Assembly: GCA_041494705.1 (NCBI GenBank)
Contig: JBGQBI010000006.1
Coordinates: 120,001 to 152,000, forward strand
Length of the DNA: 32,000 bases
DNA from: Candidatus Methanoperedens sp.
Lineage (GTDB): Archaea; Halobacteriota; Methanosarcinia; Methanosarcinales; Methanoperedenaceae
Direction: 5' to 3'
Notes under the pieces: model-generated
What the model was told of the DNA's origin: nothing
Database searches by the model: none
What the model saw: only the letters and a program-made list of their open reading frames with translations
Position numbers and translations under genes: made by a program
Shown: one piece after another, positions 10,197 to 19,159 of the stretch
How positions within the stretch are numbered: position 1 is the first letter of the stretch
Layout: every line of letters begins with the position of its first letter

Positions 10197-10275
10197 TAAG
10201 GATAATCGACCACAGAGCACACAGAGAGCACTGAGTTGTAATAGTTCTCTGTGTCCTCTGTGCACTCTGTGGTTT
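10197..10275. repeat. palindromic interspersed repeat, family A, copy 1 (imperfect hairpin followed by a T-run)
   Basis: The sequence is TAAGGATAATCGACCACAGAGCACACAGAGAGCAC..CTCTGTGTCCTCTGTGCACTCTGTGGTTTTTTT. The first 35 nt are identical to the copy at 11606. Confidence 0.85.
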
Positions 10276-10346
10276 TTTTAACCAGAAGATAATAAAAACG
10301 CTCTGATTCATTTCTGAATAGTCATAAAACTAAACAATTTTACTAT

Positions 10347-10417
10347 CTTTGCGACCTTTGCGCCCTCTGCGGTGAGTAAAATCAAACACCGCAAAGCACG
10401 CCAAGAACGCGAAGGTT
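10347..10417. repeat. palindromic interspersed repeat, family B (CTTTGCGACCTTTGCG...CGCAAAG...GCGAAGG)
   Basis: An imperfect inverted repeat. Its left end matches window positions 1-17 at 16 of 17 nt, and shares a 12-nt core with 16076-16087. Confidence 0.6.
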
Positions 10418-10438
10418 TCATACGGATTCATTATCCGG

Positions 10439-10765
10439 CTATGGAATGCCCCAGATTATCACAATGCCCCCAATAAGGACAAGCGCCCAGAATAAGAGCT
10501 TCTGCGTCCTGTCCCCTATCCCTAAATCGATTGCGAACACCCTGAAACCGTTCAAGGCGTGGGGAAGTACGAGCAACAGTAGAATAATAACGGCTGTCTT
10601 GAACTCTACGAACATGAAATCAAAAGGCGTTTTAATACCATGCGCCCATACGATATGGATGAACAGGTAGAACACAAGCAGGATACCCGTGACGCGCTGG
10701 AGCAGCCATGCCCACATCCCTGTTCCGTAAGCCCTTTCTTTTTCCATTGTCACCTGATTAGTCAC
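10439..10765 (-). CDS. sdhC: succinate dehydrogenase/fumarate reductase membrane anchor (cytochrome b-type, 3 TM)
   Basis: A 108-aa ORF with three hydrophobic helices and a WLLQRVTG motif like the SdhC (H/Q)R.(S/T)G signature. Conserved His residues lie in the helices. Its GTG start overlaps the sdhB stop (GTGA). Confidence 0.65.
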   Translation of the reverse strand: MTNQVTMEKERAYGTGMWAWLLQRVTGILLVFYLFIHIVWAHGIKTPFDFMFVEFKTAVIILLLLVLPHALNGFRVFAIDLGIGDRTQKLLFWALVLIGGIVIIWGIP

Positions 10766-11508
10766 CTGATTATATGTTTAATCTTATGTAAGATAATTTT
10801 CCTCATGAAACCCGTGATGGCATTGGTGGGTGGCACTTTTTTAGGGCAAACCTCAACGCACCGGTAAACCTCATCGCATGCCCAGACACCTTTTTCCGTC
10901 TCCACCCGTTTTAGCATCCCGACTGTGTCATTATATCTCGTATCTGCATAAAAGCGCCATGCTTTTGCAAGCGCCGCAGGTCCTGAATAATCTTTATCCC
11001 TTGCTGCTACGGGACATGCCCCGTAGCAAAGGCCGCACAGGATGCACGCTGCATACTTATCGACTTTCCTGACATCAAGTTGGGACATTGACATATCCCC
11101 GCCTCCCTCAAACCAGGGATGTACATCCTCATAATGCTTGAAAAAAGGTTTCAAATCCACTACCAGGTCTTTGATTACAGGGAGGTTTGGGAGGGGTTCA
11201 ATCAGTATTTCCTCGCCGGTCTTTAATTCAGGTTTCGCAACAGGGCCATATGGTGATAGGGTCAATACCCGTTCACCTGCGATTTCAGAGACTTGAGTGC
11301 GGCATGCAAGTCTTTGTTTCTTGTTGATGAGCATGGCGCATGAACCGCAGACAGCGCCGCGGCATGAATACCTGAAGGCAAGAGAGCCGTCCTGCTCATC
11401 CTGTATCTGGAAAAGCGCTTCAAGAACAGACATGTGCGGTTTGGGTTTTACTTCAAACGTATGGAACCACGACTTTTCCCCGTCAAATCTTTTGATCTTG
11501 AATTTCAT
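10762..11508 (-). CDS. sdhB: succinate dehydrogenase/fumarate reductase iron-sulfur subunit
   Basis: A 248-aa ORF with a 2Fe-2S motif (CRGAVCGSCAM...C) and cluster motifs CILCGLCYGACP and CVEVCP. Confidence 0.9.
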   Translation of the reverse strand: MKFKIKRFDGEKSWFHTFEVKPKPHMSVLEALFQIQDEQDGSLAFRYSCRGAVCGSCAMLINKKQRLACRTQVSEIAGERVLTLSPYGPVAKPELKTGEEILIEPLPNLPVIKDLVVDLKPFFKHYEDVHPWFEGGGDMSMSQLDVRKVDKYAACILCGLCYGACPVAARDKDYSGPAALAKAWRFYADTRYNDTVGMLKRVETEKGVWACDEVYRCVEVCPKKVPPTNAITGFMRKIILHKIKHIIR

Positions 11509-11605
11509 AACCGTCGTTCAATAGTTTCTTTTCCGCATTATATAAAACACATGGTTTGTAAAAGAAAGAGTTCCTAATTTCTTCTTCTAAATAATTGAAT
11601 CGTAG

Positions 11606-11678
11606 TAAGGATAATCGACCACAGAGCACACAGAGAGCACGGAGCTATGACGCTATTCTCTGTGCCCTCTGTGGTTTT
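11606..11678. repeat. palindromic interspersed repeat, family A, copy 2
   Basis: It has the same 35-nt left end as 10197 in the same orientation. The right arm is shorter (TTCTCTGTGCCCTCTGTGGTTTT). It lies in the sdhB-sdhA divergent intergenic region. Confidence 0.85.
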
Positions 11679-11717
11679 CCCGACCATCATGTTTACAATA
11701 TCCCTGATGATAACTAC

Positions 11718-11727
11718 TTTTATTATA
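11718..11727 (+). promoter_or_regulatory. TATA-box-like element (TTTTATTATA) upstream of sdhA
   Basis: It ends 23 nt before the ATG at 11750 and no Shine-Dalgarno sequence lies between. This suggests a leaderless transcript. Confidence 0.35.
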
Positions 11728-11749
11728 CCAGCCAAACCTGACTATAATT

Positions 11750-13423
11750 ATGTTCAAGCACGACATCATAATAGTGGGCGGGGGTCTCGCGGGTTTGCGC
11801 GCCGCTTTAGCAATCAGGGGTGCCGATGTGGCAGTCATATCCAGGGTCCACCCGTTGCGCTCGCATTCGGTAGCAGCCCAGGGCGGTATTAATGCAGCGC
11901 TTGGGAAAAACGACAGGTGGGAAGACCATGCCTTTGATACGATAAAAGGAAGCGATTATCTTGCAGACCAGGATGCTGTGGCTTTGCTGTGTCAGGATGC
12001 GCCGGTGCGTGTCATTGAGATGGAGCAATGGGGGGCGCTTTTTTCAAGAACCGATGAAGGAATGATTGCCCAGCGCCCTTTTGGCGGCGCAGGCTATCCG
12101 CGCACCGCTTACGCAGAGGACAGGACAGGTCATGCGCTACTGCATACGATGTATGAGCAGGCTCTTAAAAATGGCATCAAATTCTATGAAGAATGGCTGG
12201 TAACACGGCTTGCTGTCAATAATGGCAGATGTTCAGGCGTTGTCGGATACAACATCGCAGACGGGCAAATAGAAGGCTTTCAGGCTAAGGCAGTGATTTT
12301 CGCTACAGGCGGATACGGAAGGATATACAGGCGTTCAACGAACTCAATGATAAACACTGGATTCGGGTGCGTCGTGGCATACCGAAGCGGCGTTGCGCTT
12401 TCGGATATGGAATTCGTTCAGTTCCATCCCACCACGCTTTACGGCACGAATATACTTATTACAGAAGGCGCCCGCGGCGAAGGAGGTTTCCTCACGAATA
12501 AACACGGCGAGCGGTTCATGGCGCGTTATTCTCCCCATTTGCTTGACCTTGCACCGCGGGATATAGTGGCGCGGGCGATACAGACCGAGATAAACAAAGG
12601 CAGGGGATTTGAGGGAGGTTACGTTCACCTTGAGTTGATGCACATAGGCGAGCGGAAAATCAAAGAGCTTCTGCCCGGAATAAGGCAGATAGCTATGGAT
12701 TTTGCGAATATCGACCCGATTAAAGAGCCGATACCCATCCAGCCGGCGCAGCATTATTCTATGGGGGGCATTGCCTCAAATAAAAACTGTGAGACCTCAC
12801 TTTCAGGATTCTACGTGTGCGGTGAATGCTCCTGCCTCAGTGTGCACGGGGCGAACAGGCTTGGCGGGAACTCGCTGCTTGAGACAATAGTTTTCGGGAA
12901 GCTCGCCGGGGAAAATGCAGCGACATTCGCGAATGGAACCGACTTTGAAGCAGCAGATATATTGGAAAAAGCGGTGAATGGGGAAGTGCAGCGGGTTTCG
13001 GCGCTTCTTGGCAAGAACGAAGGCGAGGCATTCTTCAAAATCCGCGATGAGCTAAAGGAATTCATGGATGAAAAAGTGGGAATATTCCGTGATGAAGAGA
13101 ACCTGAAGGCGGCGCTTGGTAAAATAAGGGAACTCAAGATGCGCTACGGGAATGTGTATGTCAGGAATAAAGGCGCTGTTTTCAACCAGGAACTCGTGAA
13201 TGCGATTGAGCTTGAGGGCATGCTGGATATTGCAGAGGTTATTTGCATCGGGGCAATTGAGCGGAAGGAAAGCCGTGGTTCCCATTTCAGGCTTGATTAT
13301 CCCGCAAGGGATGATGCGAACTGGCTCAGGCATACGCTGGTTACTTTTGCGCCTGAAAAGCCGCGCGTAGAGTACAAGCCTGTGAATATAACGATGTATC
13401 CACCCAAACCGAGGGAGTATTGA
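11750..13423 (+). CDS. sdhA: succinate dehydrogenase/fumarate reductase flavoprotein subunit
   Basis: A 557-aa ORF with an FAD dinucleotide fold ([15 protein letters not shown]). It has the covalent-FAD histidine context [13 protein letters not shown] and the catalytic region HPT...GEGG...RFM. Confidence 0.92.
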   Translation: MFKHDIIIVGGGLAGLRAALAIRGADVAVISRVHPLRSHSVAAQGGINAALGKNDRWEDHAFDTIKGSDYLADQDAVALLCQDAPVRVIEMEQWGALFSRTDEGMIAQRPFGGAGYPRTAYAEDRTGHALLHTMYEQALKNGIKFYEEWLVTRLAVNNGRCSGVVGYNIADGQIEGFQAKAVIFATGGYGRIYRRSTNSMINTGFGCVVAYRSGVALSDMEFVQFHPTTLYGTNILITEGARGEGGFLTNKHGERFMARYSPHLLDLAPRDIVARAIQTEINKGRGFEGGYVHLELMHIGERKIKELLPGIRQIAMDFANIDPIKEPIPIQPAQHYSMGGIASNKNCETSLSGFYVCGECSCLSVHGANRLGGNSLLETIVFGKLAGENAATFANGTDFEAADILEKAVNGEVQRVSALLGKNEGEAFFKIRDELKEFMDEKVGIFRDEENLKAALGKIRELKMRYGNVYVRNKGAVFNQELVNAIELEGMLDIAEVICIGAIERKESRGSHFRLDYPARDDANWLRHTLVTFAPEKPRVEYKPVNITMYPPKPREY

Positions 13424-13446
13424 GCAAGAATCTACTGAAAATAGGT

Positions 13447-13941
13447 TTACCTGTACGCCTTTAATATCTCAATACCCCTTTTTGGAAGTTCAAGAATATC
13501 CCTGCGAAGACAATCCTTATCGTTGCAAATTTTTTTACCCATTAAGGCATCCATGTGCTCTTTATATACCTCATGGGGGGTCTTTTTAAAATCATTGTGA
13601 TAATACGTTTTAATAACAAGGTTACTTAAATCGATACTCCCGTTGAACGAAGGCTCTTTCTCAAATAACGCCGGCACTGTAATTAGTTTTTTCCCATCGT
13701 CAAGCTCTGAAAGGAAAACAAAAATCGTCCTTCCAACGTAAGCCTTTGCAGCCGCAGCTTCTATACATCCTCTCAAACCCTTTCCATTGACACCATCAAT
13801 TAATAATCCGCAGTATCCCACTCCCTTTCCATTCAGGAAATACCTTGCCCTGATGGATAATTCCACATGCATGATAGGCACTGTAATCTCAGAATGCTGA
13901 TTATCGCCTTTTATCTCATCAAAACCATCTAAAATGTCCAT
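13447..13941 (-). CDS. hypothetical protein
   Basis: A 164-aa ORF with ordinary coding-like composition. I recognise no motif. Confidence 0.4.
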   Translation of the reverse strand: MDILDGFDEIKGDNQHSEITVPIMHVELSIRARYFLNGKGVGYCGLLIDGVNGKGLRGCIEAAAAKAYVGRTIFVFLSELDDGKKLITVPALFEKEPSFNGSIDLSNLVIKTYYHNDFKKTPHEVYKEHMDALMGKKICNDKDCLRRDILELPKRGIEILKAYR

Positions 13942-13953
13942 AAATATGAGTAA

Positions 13954-14364
13954 TTACTGGCTTATTTTTTCAAGCCTTATCCTGAACTCTTTCCTGTGCC
14001 TTTTCTCTTCATCCAGTATATGTTTTAACACCCCGACCACTTCAGCATCGTCTATCATTTCAATATGCTTTTTGTATCTCTCGATTGCCTCTGTTTCAAG
14101 CGCTTTTTGCTTTTCCAGTTGGCCCTTGAGGTTGTCTCCCCCGAAATCAAGCTCTTTATGTTCCATACACGGCTTCCCGCCCCGTTTCACGATAAGCTCG
14201 GCAAGCCAGTTCATGTGCCTCATCTCATCAATAGAAATCGCTTCTGTGACCCTGCTCGGGTCGCACCTGGGCATGATAAAAGCATTCCTGACGTAAATCA
14301 GGGTAGTTTCGATTTCCATTACATAATCTTCATTCAATAAACGGATTATTTCTCCAGCTTCCAA
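13954..14364 (-). CDS. ferritin-like diiron-carboxylate domain protein (bacterioferritin/rubrerythrin-like fold)
   Basis: A 136-aa ORF with two E...ExxH-type motifs (IDEMRH and DEEKRH) in a four-helix pattern. The TTG start at 14364 lies 6 nt after GGAGGG. Confidence 0.6.
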   Translation of the reverse strand: MEAGEIIRLLNEDYVMEIETTLIYVRNAFIMPRCDPSRVTEAISIDEMRHMNWLAELIVKRGGKPCMEHKELDFGGDNLKGQLEKQKALETEAIERYKKHIEMIDDAEVVGVLKHILDEEKRHRKEFRIRLEKISQ

Positions 14365-14462
14365 ATTCAGCCCTCCGTGGTTACAAGATGATTGAGCATA
14401 TGAGTATTTATCTTTAATTGAATACTCATCATTTTTATAGCAAGTATGTATATTTCAGGTCT

Positions 14463-14915
14463 ATGTTAGAATCCCTTCAAACCATCCTGTTAAATTACGG
14501 TTACTTCGGCCTTTTTCTTGCGAGTTTCCTTGCATCTACTATATTGCCTTTCGGGAGCGAGGGGATTCTGGTGTTTCTCGTTTACGAGAAGTTCAATATC
14601 CCTGCCCTTGTGCTCGTCGCATCGGCAGGAAATTACCTCGGCGCCTGTACAACTTATTATATAGGGTTAAAAGGAAGAAGTTTTGCAGAAAAATATCTCT
14701 CTATTAACCCCAGGAATCTTGAAAAAGCAGAGAAATATTTCTCAAAATACGGAGCCAGCGTGCTTTTATTTACATGGCTGCCAATTATAGGAGATGCATT
14801 TACCGTCTTTGGCGGATTACTGCGGTTTAAGTTCTGGATTTTTTCTGTTCTTGTTTTCACAGGAAAGTTTTTACGTTATCTGGCTGTGGCATATCTTGCA
14901 GCGGCTGTTCTTTGA
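14463..14915 (+). CDS. YqaA/DedA-family membrane protein
   Basis: The ATG at 14463 lies inside the track ORF 14418..14915. The pattern YFGLFLASFLASTILPF.SE...GNYLG....Y.G is typical of YqaA (COG1238). Confidence 0.65.
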   Translation: MLESLQTILLNYGYFGLFLASFLASTILPFGSEGILVFLVYEKFNIPALVLVASAGNYLGACTTYYIGLKGRSFAEKYLSINPRNLEKAEKYFSKYGASVLLFTWLPIIGDAFTVFGGLLRFKFWIFSVLVFTGKFLRYLAVAYLAAAVL

Positions 14916-14939
14916 TGAATCTCTTTTGTCTCTTAATAT

Positions 14940-16022
14940 TCAAGGGATAATCTCGCACCCGTTATTGAATTCAGGATATTCAAAATCCGACCTGCTTACA
15001 GAACCATTCTCAATAAGCGCCTGAACTTGCGGCAAAGTCTCCTGCAACTTCCGCACAAGATGCCTGACCGTAGAGCAAATCAGGGCATATCCGTTCTCCC
15101 GGAGCATTTCCTGCGACCTGTTCACAAAAAGACACCTGCCGCCGCAGATATGGAATATGTCACAGGATACGCATGGTTCGCCAACTGCGGCTTTATCGCA
15201 AAGCGAGTGCGGAGTATTGTCAAATATCGAGCCTATTACTGAAAAATCAAAATCAATGGATACGGGACATGCAGAAATCCTTCCGTCAGGCATAACTGAA
15301 AAGAAATCAATTCCTGAACCGCATCGCAAGCGCGATTTCTTACCTGAAAGAAGCGAATTCATAACGCCGATAAACGGGACTATCCCGCAAACGCGATTTG
15401 AGCGCGACATCTCATCCACCCACCAGTCCACAAGCAAAGAGATGCCGCAATTATATGCAGCAATCCACTCCACAAGTCCAGGCTCTGTATTTTCCCAGGC
15501 TTCCCAGAACATTTCAAAGCTGAGCTGCCAGTGAACATGGTCAAAAAGCCCAATACCCAGAAGATGCCGCACGTTTTCGTAGATATCCGTGCCCTGAGCC
15601 ACCGTCATCCTTGCAACGAGGTCGCCGCAAAAGCCTTTTTGTTTTATGAGTTTTGAATTATGTATGATGCGGTCATATACGCCATTTCCCCGCCATTTGT
15701 CCGTAACTTCCTTTGTCCCGTCGATTGATACGAGGATGGAATGGAATTTTTCCAGATATTCTGGTTCGATTTTATCTAAAAGCAGGCCATTTGTCTGGAT
15801 AACGAATCGCCCCGGAATCGCATCCATGATATTTTCCATGACCTTGATGCGAAGGAGGGGTTCGCCGCCGTAAAATTCGATAACGGGGTTGCTGTCCAGC
15901 GATAAGAAAGATTTGAGGTCTGCAATAGAATACCGGATTTCTTTTGGAGGAGTGTCGCTTCCTCCGCCGCAGTAATTGCAGTTGAGATTGCATTCTTTTG
16001 TCAGGATTATGTGGTAGTGCAT
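14940..16022 (-). CDS. radical SAM enzyme with C-terminal SPASM-type auxiliary-cluster domain (peptide/protein-modifying maturase type)
   Basis: A 360-aa ORF with an N-terminal CNLNCNYC (CxxxCxxC) motif and a GGEPLL motif. The C-terminus is Cys-rich (C.SG...C......CVSC....CGGRC). The substrate is unknown. Confidence 0.75.
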   Translation of the reverse strand: MHYHIILTKECNLNCNYCGGGSDTPPKEIRYSIADLKSFLSLDSNPVIEFYGGEPLLRIKVMENIMDAIPGRFVIQTNGLLLDKIEPEYLEKFHSILVSIDGTKEVTDKWRGNGVYDRIIHNSKLIKQKGFCGDLVARMTVAQGTDIYENVRHLLGIGLFDHVHWQLSFEMFWEAWENTEPGLVEWIAAYNCGISLLVDWWVDEMSRSNRVCGIVPFIGVMNSLLSGKKSRLRCGSGIDFFSVMPDGRISACPVSIDFDFSVIGSIFDNTPHSLCDKAAVGEPCVSCDIFHICGGRCLFVNRSQEMLRENGYALICSTVRHLVRKLQETLPQVQALIENGSVSRSDFEYPEFNNGCEIIP

Positions 16023-16073
16023 GCTTTCGGGCTCTTTCGCTGTTTTATGTTAAAAAGGATTCCCAAAAAATAA

Positions 16074-16106
16074 CTCTTTGCGACCTTCGCTCTGGTGAAG
16101 CATTTG
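16074..16106. repeat. partial family B repeat
   Basis: CTCTTTGCGACCTTCGCTCTGGTGAAGC shares the CTTTGCGACCTT core with 10347 and with the window start. Confidence 0.35.
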
Positions 16107-16113
16107 TTTTGTA

Positions 16114-16845
16114 TTAAATCCCATAAACCGTTGTCGGGAAATACGGGGATAGCCATCTGATAATGAGTTTATCTATTCCGAATAAAAGCATTATCCCGAC
16201 CATTATCAGCACCAATCCTGACAGTTTTTTAAGAAGCTCCCCGTTCCTTGAAAACCACTGGTACCTGTTCGTAAATTTCTTGCCATAATAAGCTATGGAG
16301 AGCATGGGGAGGCTCATGCCAACCGAATAGACAAAGAGCATCCACGCGCCGTAGCTCATATTGCCCACGGACGCGACATAAGCAAGCACCGCGCCAAGTA
16401 TCGGCCCGACGCAGGGAATCCAGAGGACGCCAAGCGACATCCCGAGGAAAAATCCGCCAAGCAGGCTCCCTTGCGGCAAGGTTGATGAGTATTTGTTCAA
16501 AAAACCAAAATTCTGCCTCAAACCCTGTGTTATGGAGCCAGAGAGTTTTATGAATTCTATGTTTATATCGTCGTCAAAGAGCACAGCGCCCATACCGATG
16601 ATGAAGAGGATTGCAAGGCTTCGCAAAGAATCGGTGAAGCCTGCAAACGTGGCGCCAAACGCTGATACCAGCACCCCCATGGTCGTGAAGGAAAGAGCCA
16701 GTCCTGAAACGATAGCGAGAGGTCGCAGCCTGTGCCCTGCCGAGCCTGAGAAAACCACAGGCACAAGCGGGAGGCAGCACGGCTTCATGATGGTTACTAT
16801 GCCTGCCAGGAAAACGAGAAATATCGAGGGTGCTGATGGTTCCAT
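16114..16845 (-). CDS. ccdA: cytochrome c biogenesis thiol-disulfide transporter CcdA (DsbD family)
   Basis: A 243-aa six-TM ORF with the two hallmark Cys motifs in TM helices (MKPCCLPLVP and WIPCVGPILG). Confidence 0.8.
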   Translation of the reverse strand: MEPSAPSIFLVFLAGIVTIMKPCCLPLVPVVFSGSAGHRLRPLAIVSGLALSFTTMGVLVSAFGATFAGFTDSLRSLAILFIIGMGAVLFDDDINIEFIKLSGSITQGLRQNFGFLNKYSSTLPQGSLLGGFFLGMSLGVLWIPCVGPILGAVLAYVASVGNMSYGAWMLFVYSVGMSLPMLSIAYYGKKFTNRYQWFSRNGELLKKLSGLVLIMVGIMLLFGIDKLIIRWLSPYFPTTVYGI

Positions 16846-17511
16846 GTGTGATTTAACCTGTGATATAGAAGGAAGGTTGTAATAAAAGCATGGGTTTACA
16901 TACGATGTAAAGCAATATATAGGTTCGCTTTATAATCGCACAGTATCGTTTTCTTCCAGATACATTCTGCATGAACGGTTCAATATTATGGTGAAATAAA
17001 AAATGAATGAACGAAAGAATGGTGCTGAAAAAAATCGGCAAAAAAATATCCGTACTCTACATCAGGACTCTAAAGTCGAAAGATTTATCTATAATTAACA
17101 TCACAATAATAGTGATGGTGTTAACACCGTTAACTTAGAACCCTATAGATAAGGTGTTCCTCTCTCGCCTAATAGCGATTTGGAAATTGTATCTCTCTTT
17201 AAGTTAACAGAACTCACTAACACAGTCATATTAAAGTGGATAGGAAAGCAGTTATTTGCAATTACTGATACTCCAAAAAAGATACAGAACTAGATTGCAT
17301 CATAAAAAAGAGTTATAAGAAATTGCAGTATTCCATAATAAGAGCCAGAGTGAGTTAAACGCGATAAATAGGAGTCAAAAAATGCAGGGTTACGATAAAG
17401 CATCAATGACGTGTACCTTTCAAACATTATCATATCATCAGATAAAAGGAATAACCTTCTTCTACTGACGACAAGGACCTAAAACAATGGAAGATATTAA
17501 ACACCCTCTTA

Positions 17512-18327
17512 ATGTTACGTCTATCGGAATATATGAAAGCTAAGGGGTTATTAAGTCTTCTGGCATTTTCTGAAAAAAGAAGAGTTATCCTTTTAATGCT
17601 GCAGGAGGAACCAAAAACACTCAGAGAAATAAACGACTATTTCAAAGCAACATCTCCCGAAATGATTCCTCAAATAAGAAAATTAGAGAAAGGAAATTTA
17701 ATTTCTCAGGAAGGTAAGAAATACGTTTTAACAGAAATTGGAGAAATAGTATCTCAGTCCTTTAATCAACTATCCCAAACTTTAAAAATATTTGAAAGTA
17801 ACATGAGATTCTGGAAAGAACACAGCATTAGTGGAATTCCTCCGGAATTCCAGATGCGACTTTATGAATTGGGAGAGTACAATATTTTAGAGGGTACCCT
17901 GACCGAGATTTTTAAGCCACATGAAGAGTATATTAAAAACCTTTTAAAATCAGAACGGGTAAGGGGAGTCTCCCCAGTACTACATCCCGAATATCCAAAG
18001 GTTGTGACCATGCTGGCAGAAAGAGGCGTAGACATATCAATTGTGGTACCAAGAGAGATTTTCGAAAAATTACAAAAAGAGCATAAAAAAGAACTACAGG
18101 AGTACCTAAGTTATGGAAATGCCTCTATGAGAACAAGCGACGAACAGATTAAAATCTCCTGCACCACATCTGACACATTTCTCTCAATGCGGCTTTTCTT
18201 AAAAGACAATACTTATGACTTCTATAAGAATATCATAAGCTACGAAATATCAGCTTTGAAATTGGGTGAGGATATGTTCAACTATTATGAGAAGCGTTCT
18301 GAAAAAATTGAATTGCAAGATATCTGA
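17512..18327 (+). CDS. winged-HTH transcriptional regulator with DUF1724 domain (FilR1/Msr-type family of Methanosarcinales)
   Basis: A 271-aa ORF with an N-terminal ArsR-like HTH (SEKRRVILLMLQEEPKTLREI) and a long C-terminal domain of the DUF1724 type. The region is about 33% GC by spot count. An alternative ATG lies at 17533. Confidence 0.65.
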   Translation: MLRLSEYMKAKGLLSLLAFSEKRRVILLMLQEEPKTLREINDYFKATSPEMIPQIRKLEKGNLISQEGKKYVLTEIGEIVSQSFNQLSQTLKIFESNMRFWKEHSISGIPPEFQMRLYELGEYNILEGTLTEIFKPHEEYIKNLLKSERVRGVSPVLHPEYPKVVTMLAERGVDISIVVPREIFEKLQKEHKKELQEYLSYGNASMRTSDEQIKISCTTSDTFLSMRLFLKDNTYDFYKNIISYEISALKLGEDMFNYYEKRSEKIELQDI

Positions 18328-19159
18328 ATGCGAGTATGTATGTCCACTCTCCATGAACTATTAAACTTCTAAAAATTGTTTTCTTGCGGTTGGCGTATCG
18401 GGAAATGTAGATTAAACCAGCTACCCAGCTATAAAGTAAAATAATAATATCGAATTTAACTAAACCTGAAAGAACAGAAGCCACAAAGATGAGATGAAAT
18501 GAAGAATTTAAAAATTGAAGGATTATTCTTGTTCTTTGCTCTCCAAAATAAACTGGAATGGTGGTCAATCCTGCTGCTGAATCCCCTTGTATGTCTTTGC
18601 AATCAAATAACACTGTATTTATGAAGCTTTTGAAGAAGAAAAAAACGAAGAACCAAAAGCTTTGCAAATAATTCTCAGTAAAATTATATATAAATACCAT
18701 GATTGTAAAAGCCCATGTAAATGCCACTATGAAGTTTTTAATACCCAATCCCTGTTTAAATCTAATTGAGATTCTACCAATTTTAAATCCTTTTGAATAT
18801 AAAAAACCAATAACAAATGGAAATAGTACTACAAGTGGAGACACTTTTTTTAATACAAGAAGCAAAGATGCGGTAAATAAAAGAACGGATATGATGAAAA
18901 AAACAATATTCTTATCGGCATTTTTTTCTTCAGGTCTATTTATCTCATCTTCTTTTGATTTTAAAGTACGATCTAAAGTATAGACTGAGTATACAACAAA
19001 AGAGAAGGCAAAGCATAGAACTAAATCCGAAGCTTTTCCTGTAAGAAGAAAAGCTATGCATAATCTGAACCAACCAGAAATCCCATTTATAATAGAACTC
19101 TTCAGAACTTTTAGTGTAGCCGCAAACCTCATGCTCAATGAATTAACTATGCATATCAA
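18278..19159 (-). CDS. UbiA-family aromatic/isoprenoid prenyltransferase (substrate unknown)
   Basis: A 293-aa polytopic membrane ORF. It has a first Asp-rich region (LDRTLKSKEDEINRPE) and a second motif (DCKDIQGDSAAGLTTIPV) like UbiA/DGGGP-synthase signatures. Its 3-prime end overlaps the convergent regulator gene by 50 nt. Confidence 0.6.
   Translation of the reverse strand: MICIVNSLSMRFAATLKVLKSSIINGISGWFRLCIAFLLTGKASDLVLCFAFSFVVYSVYTLDRTLKSKEDEINRPEEKNADKNIVFFIISVLLFTASLLLVLKKVSPLVVLFPFVIGFLYSKGFKIGRISIRFKQGLGIKNFIVAFTWAFTIMVFIYNFTENYLQSFWFFVFFFFKSFINTVLFDCKDIQGDSAAGLTTIPVYFGEQRTRIILQFLNSSFHLIFVASVLSGLVKFDIIILLYSWVAGLIYISRYANRKKTIFRSLIVHGEWTYILAFRYLAIQFFQNASHNS

Noticed and set aside
10197-11678. 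Possibility that the repeated CCACAGAG-type elements are a CRISPR array.
   Set aside because: There are only two copies about 1.4 kb apart, separated by two functional genes. There is no regular repeat-spacer periodicity and no cas genes in the window.
10439-13423. Alternative call as soluble thiol:fumarate reductase (TfrAB).
   Set aside because: The Fe-S subunit is standard length without an HdrD-like CCG-domain extension, and a translationally coupled 3-TM anchor gene is present.
14940-16022. Calling the radical SAM/SPASM enzyme the heme synthase AhbD.
   Set aside because: The idea is attractive because of the ccdA and cytochrome context, but I cannot distinguish AhbD from other SPASM maturases by eye. 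No other ahb genes are adjacent, so I left it as a generic call.
17382-17468. A 28-aa ORF (MQGYDKASMTCTFQTLSYHQIKGITFFY) with an upstream GGAG, as a possible precursor peptide for the radical SAM enzyme.
   Set aside because: It is on the opposite strand, 1.4 kb away and beyond ccdA. There is no repeated Cys/Ser pattern and no conservation evidence, so it could be chance in AT-rich DNA.
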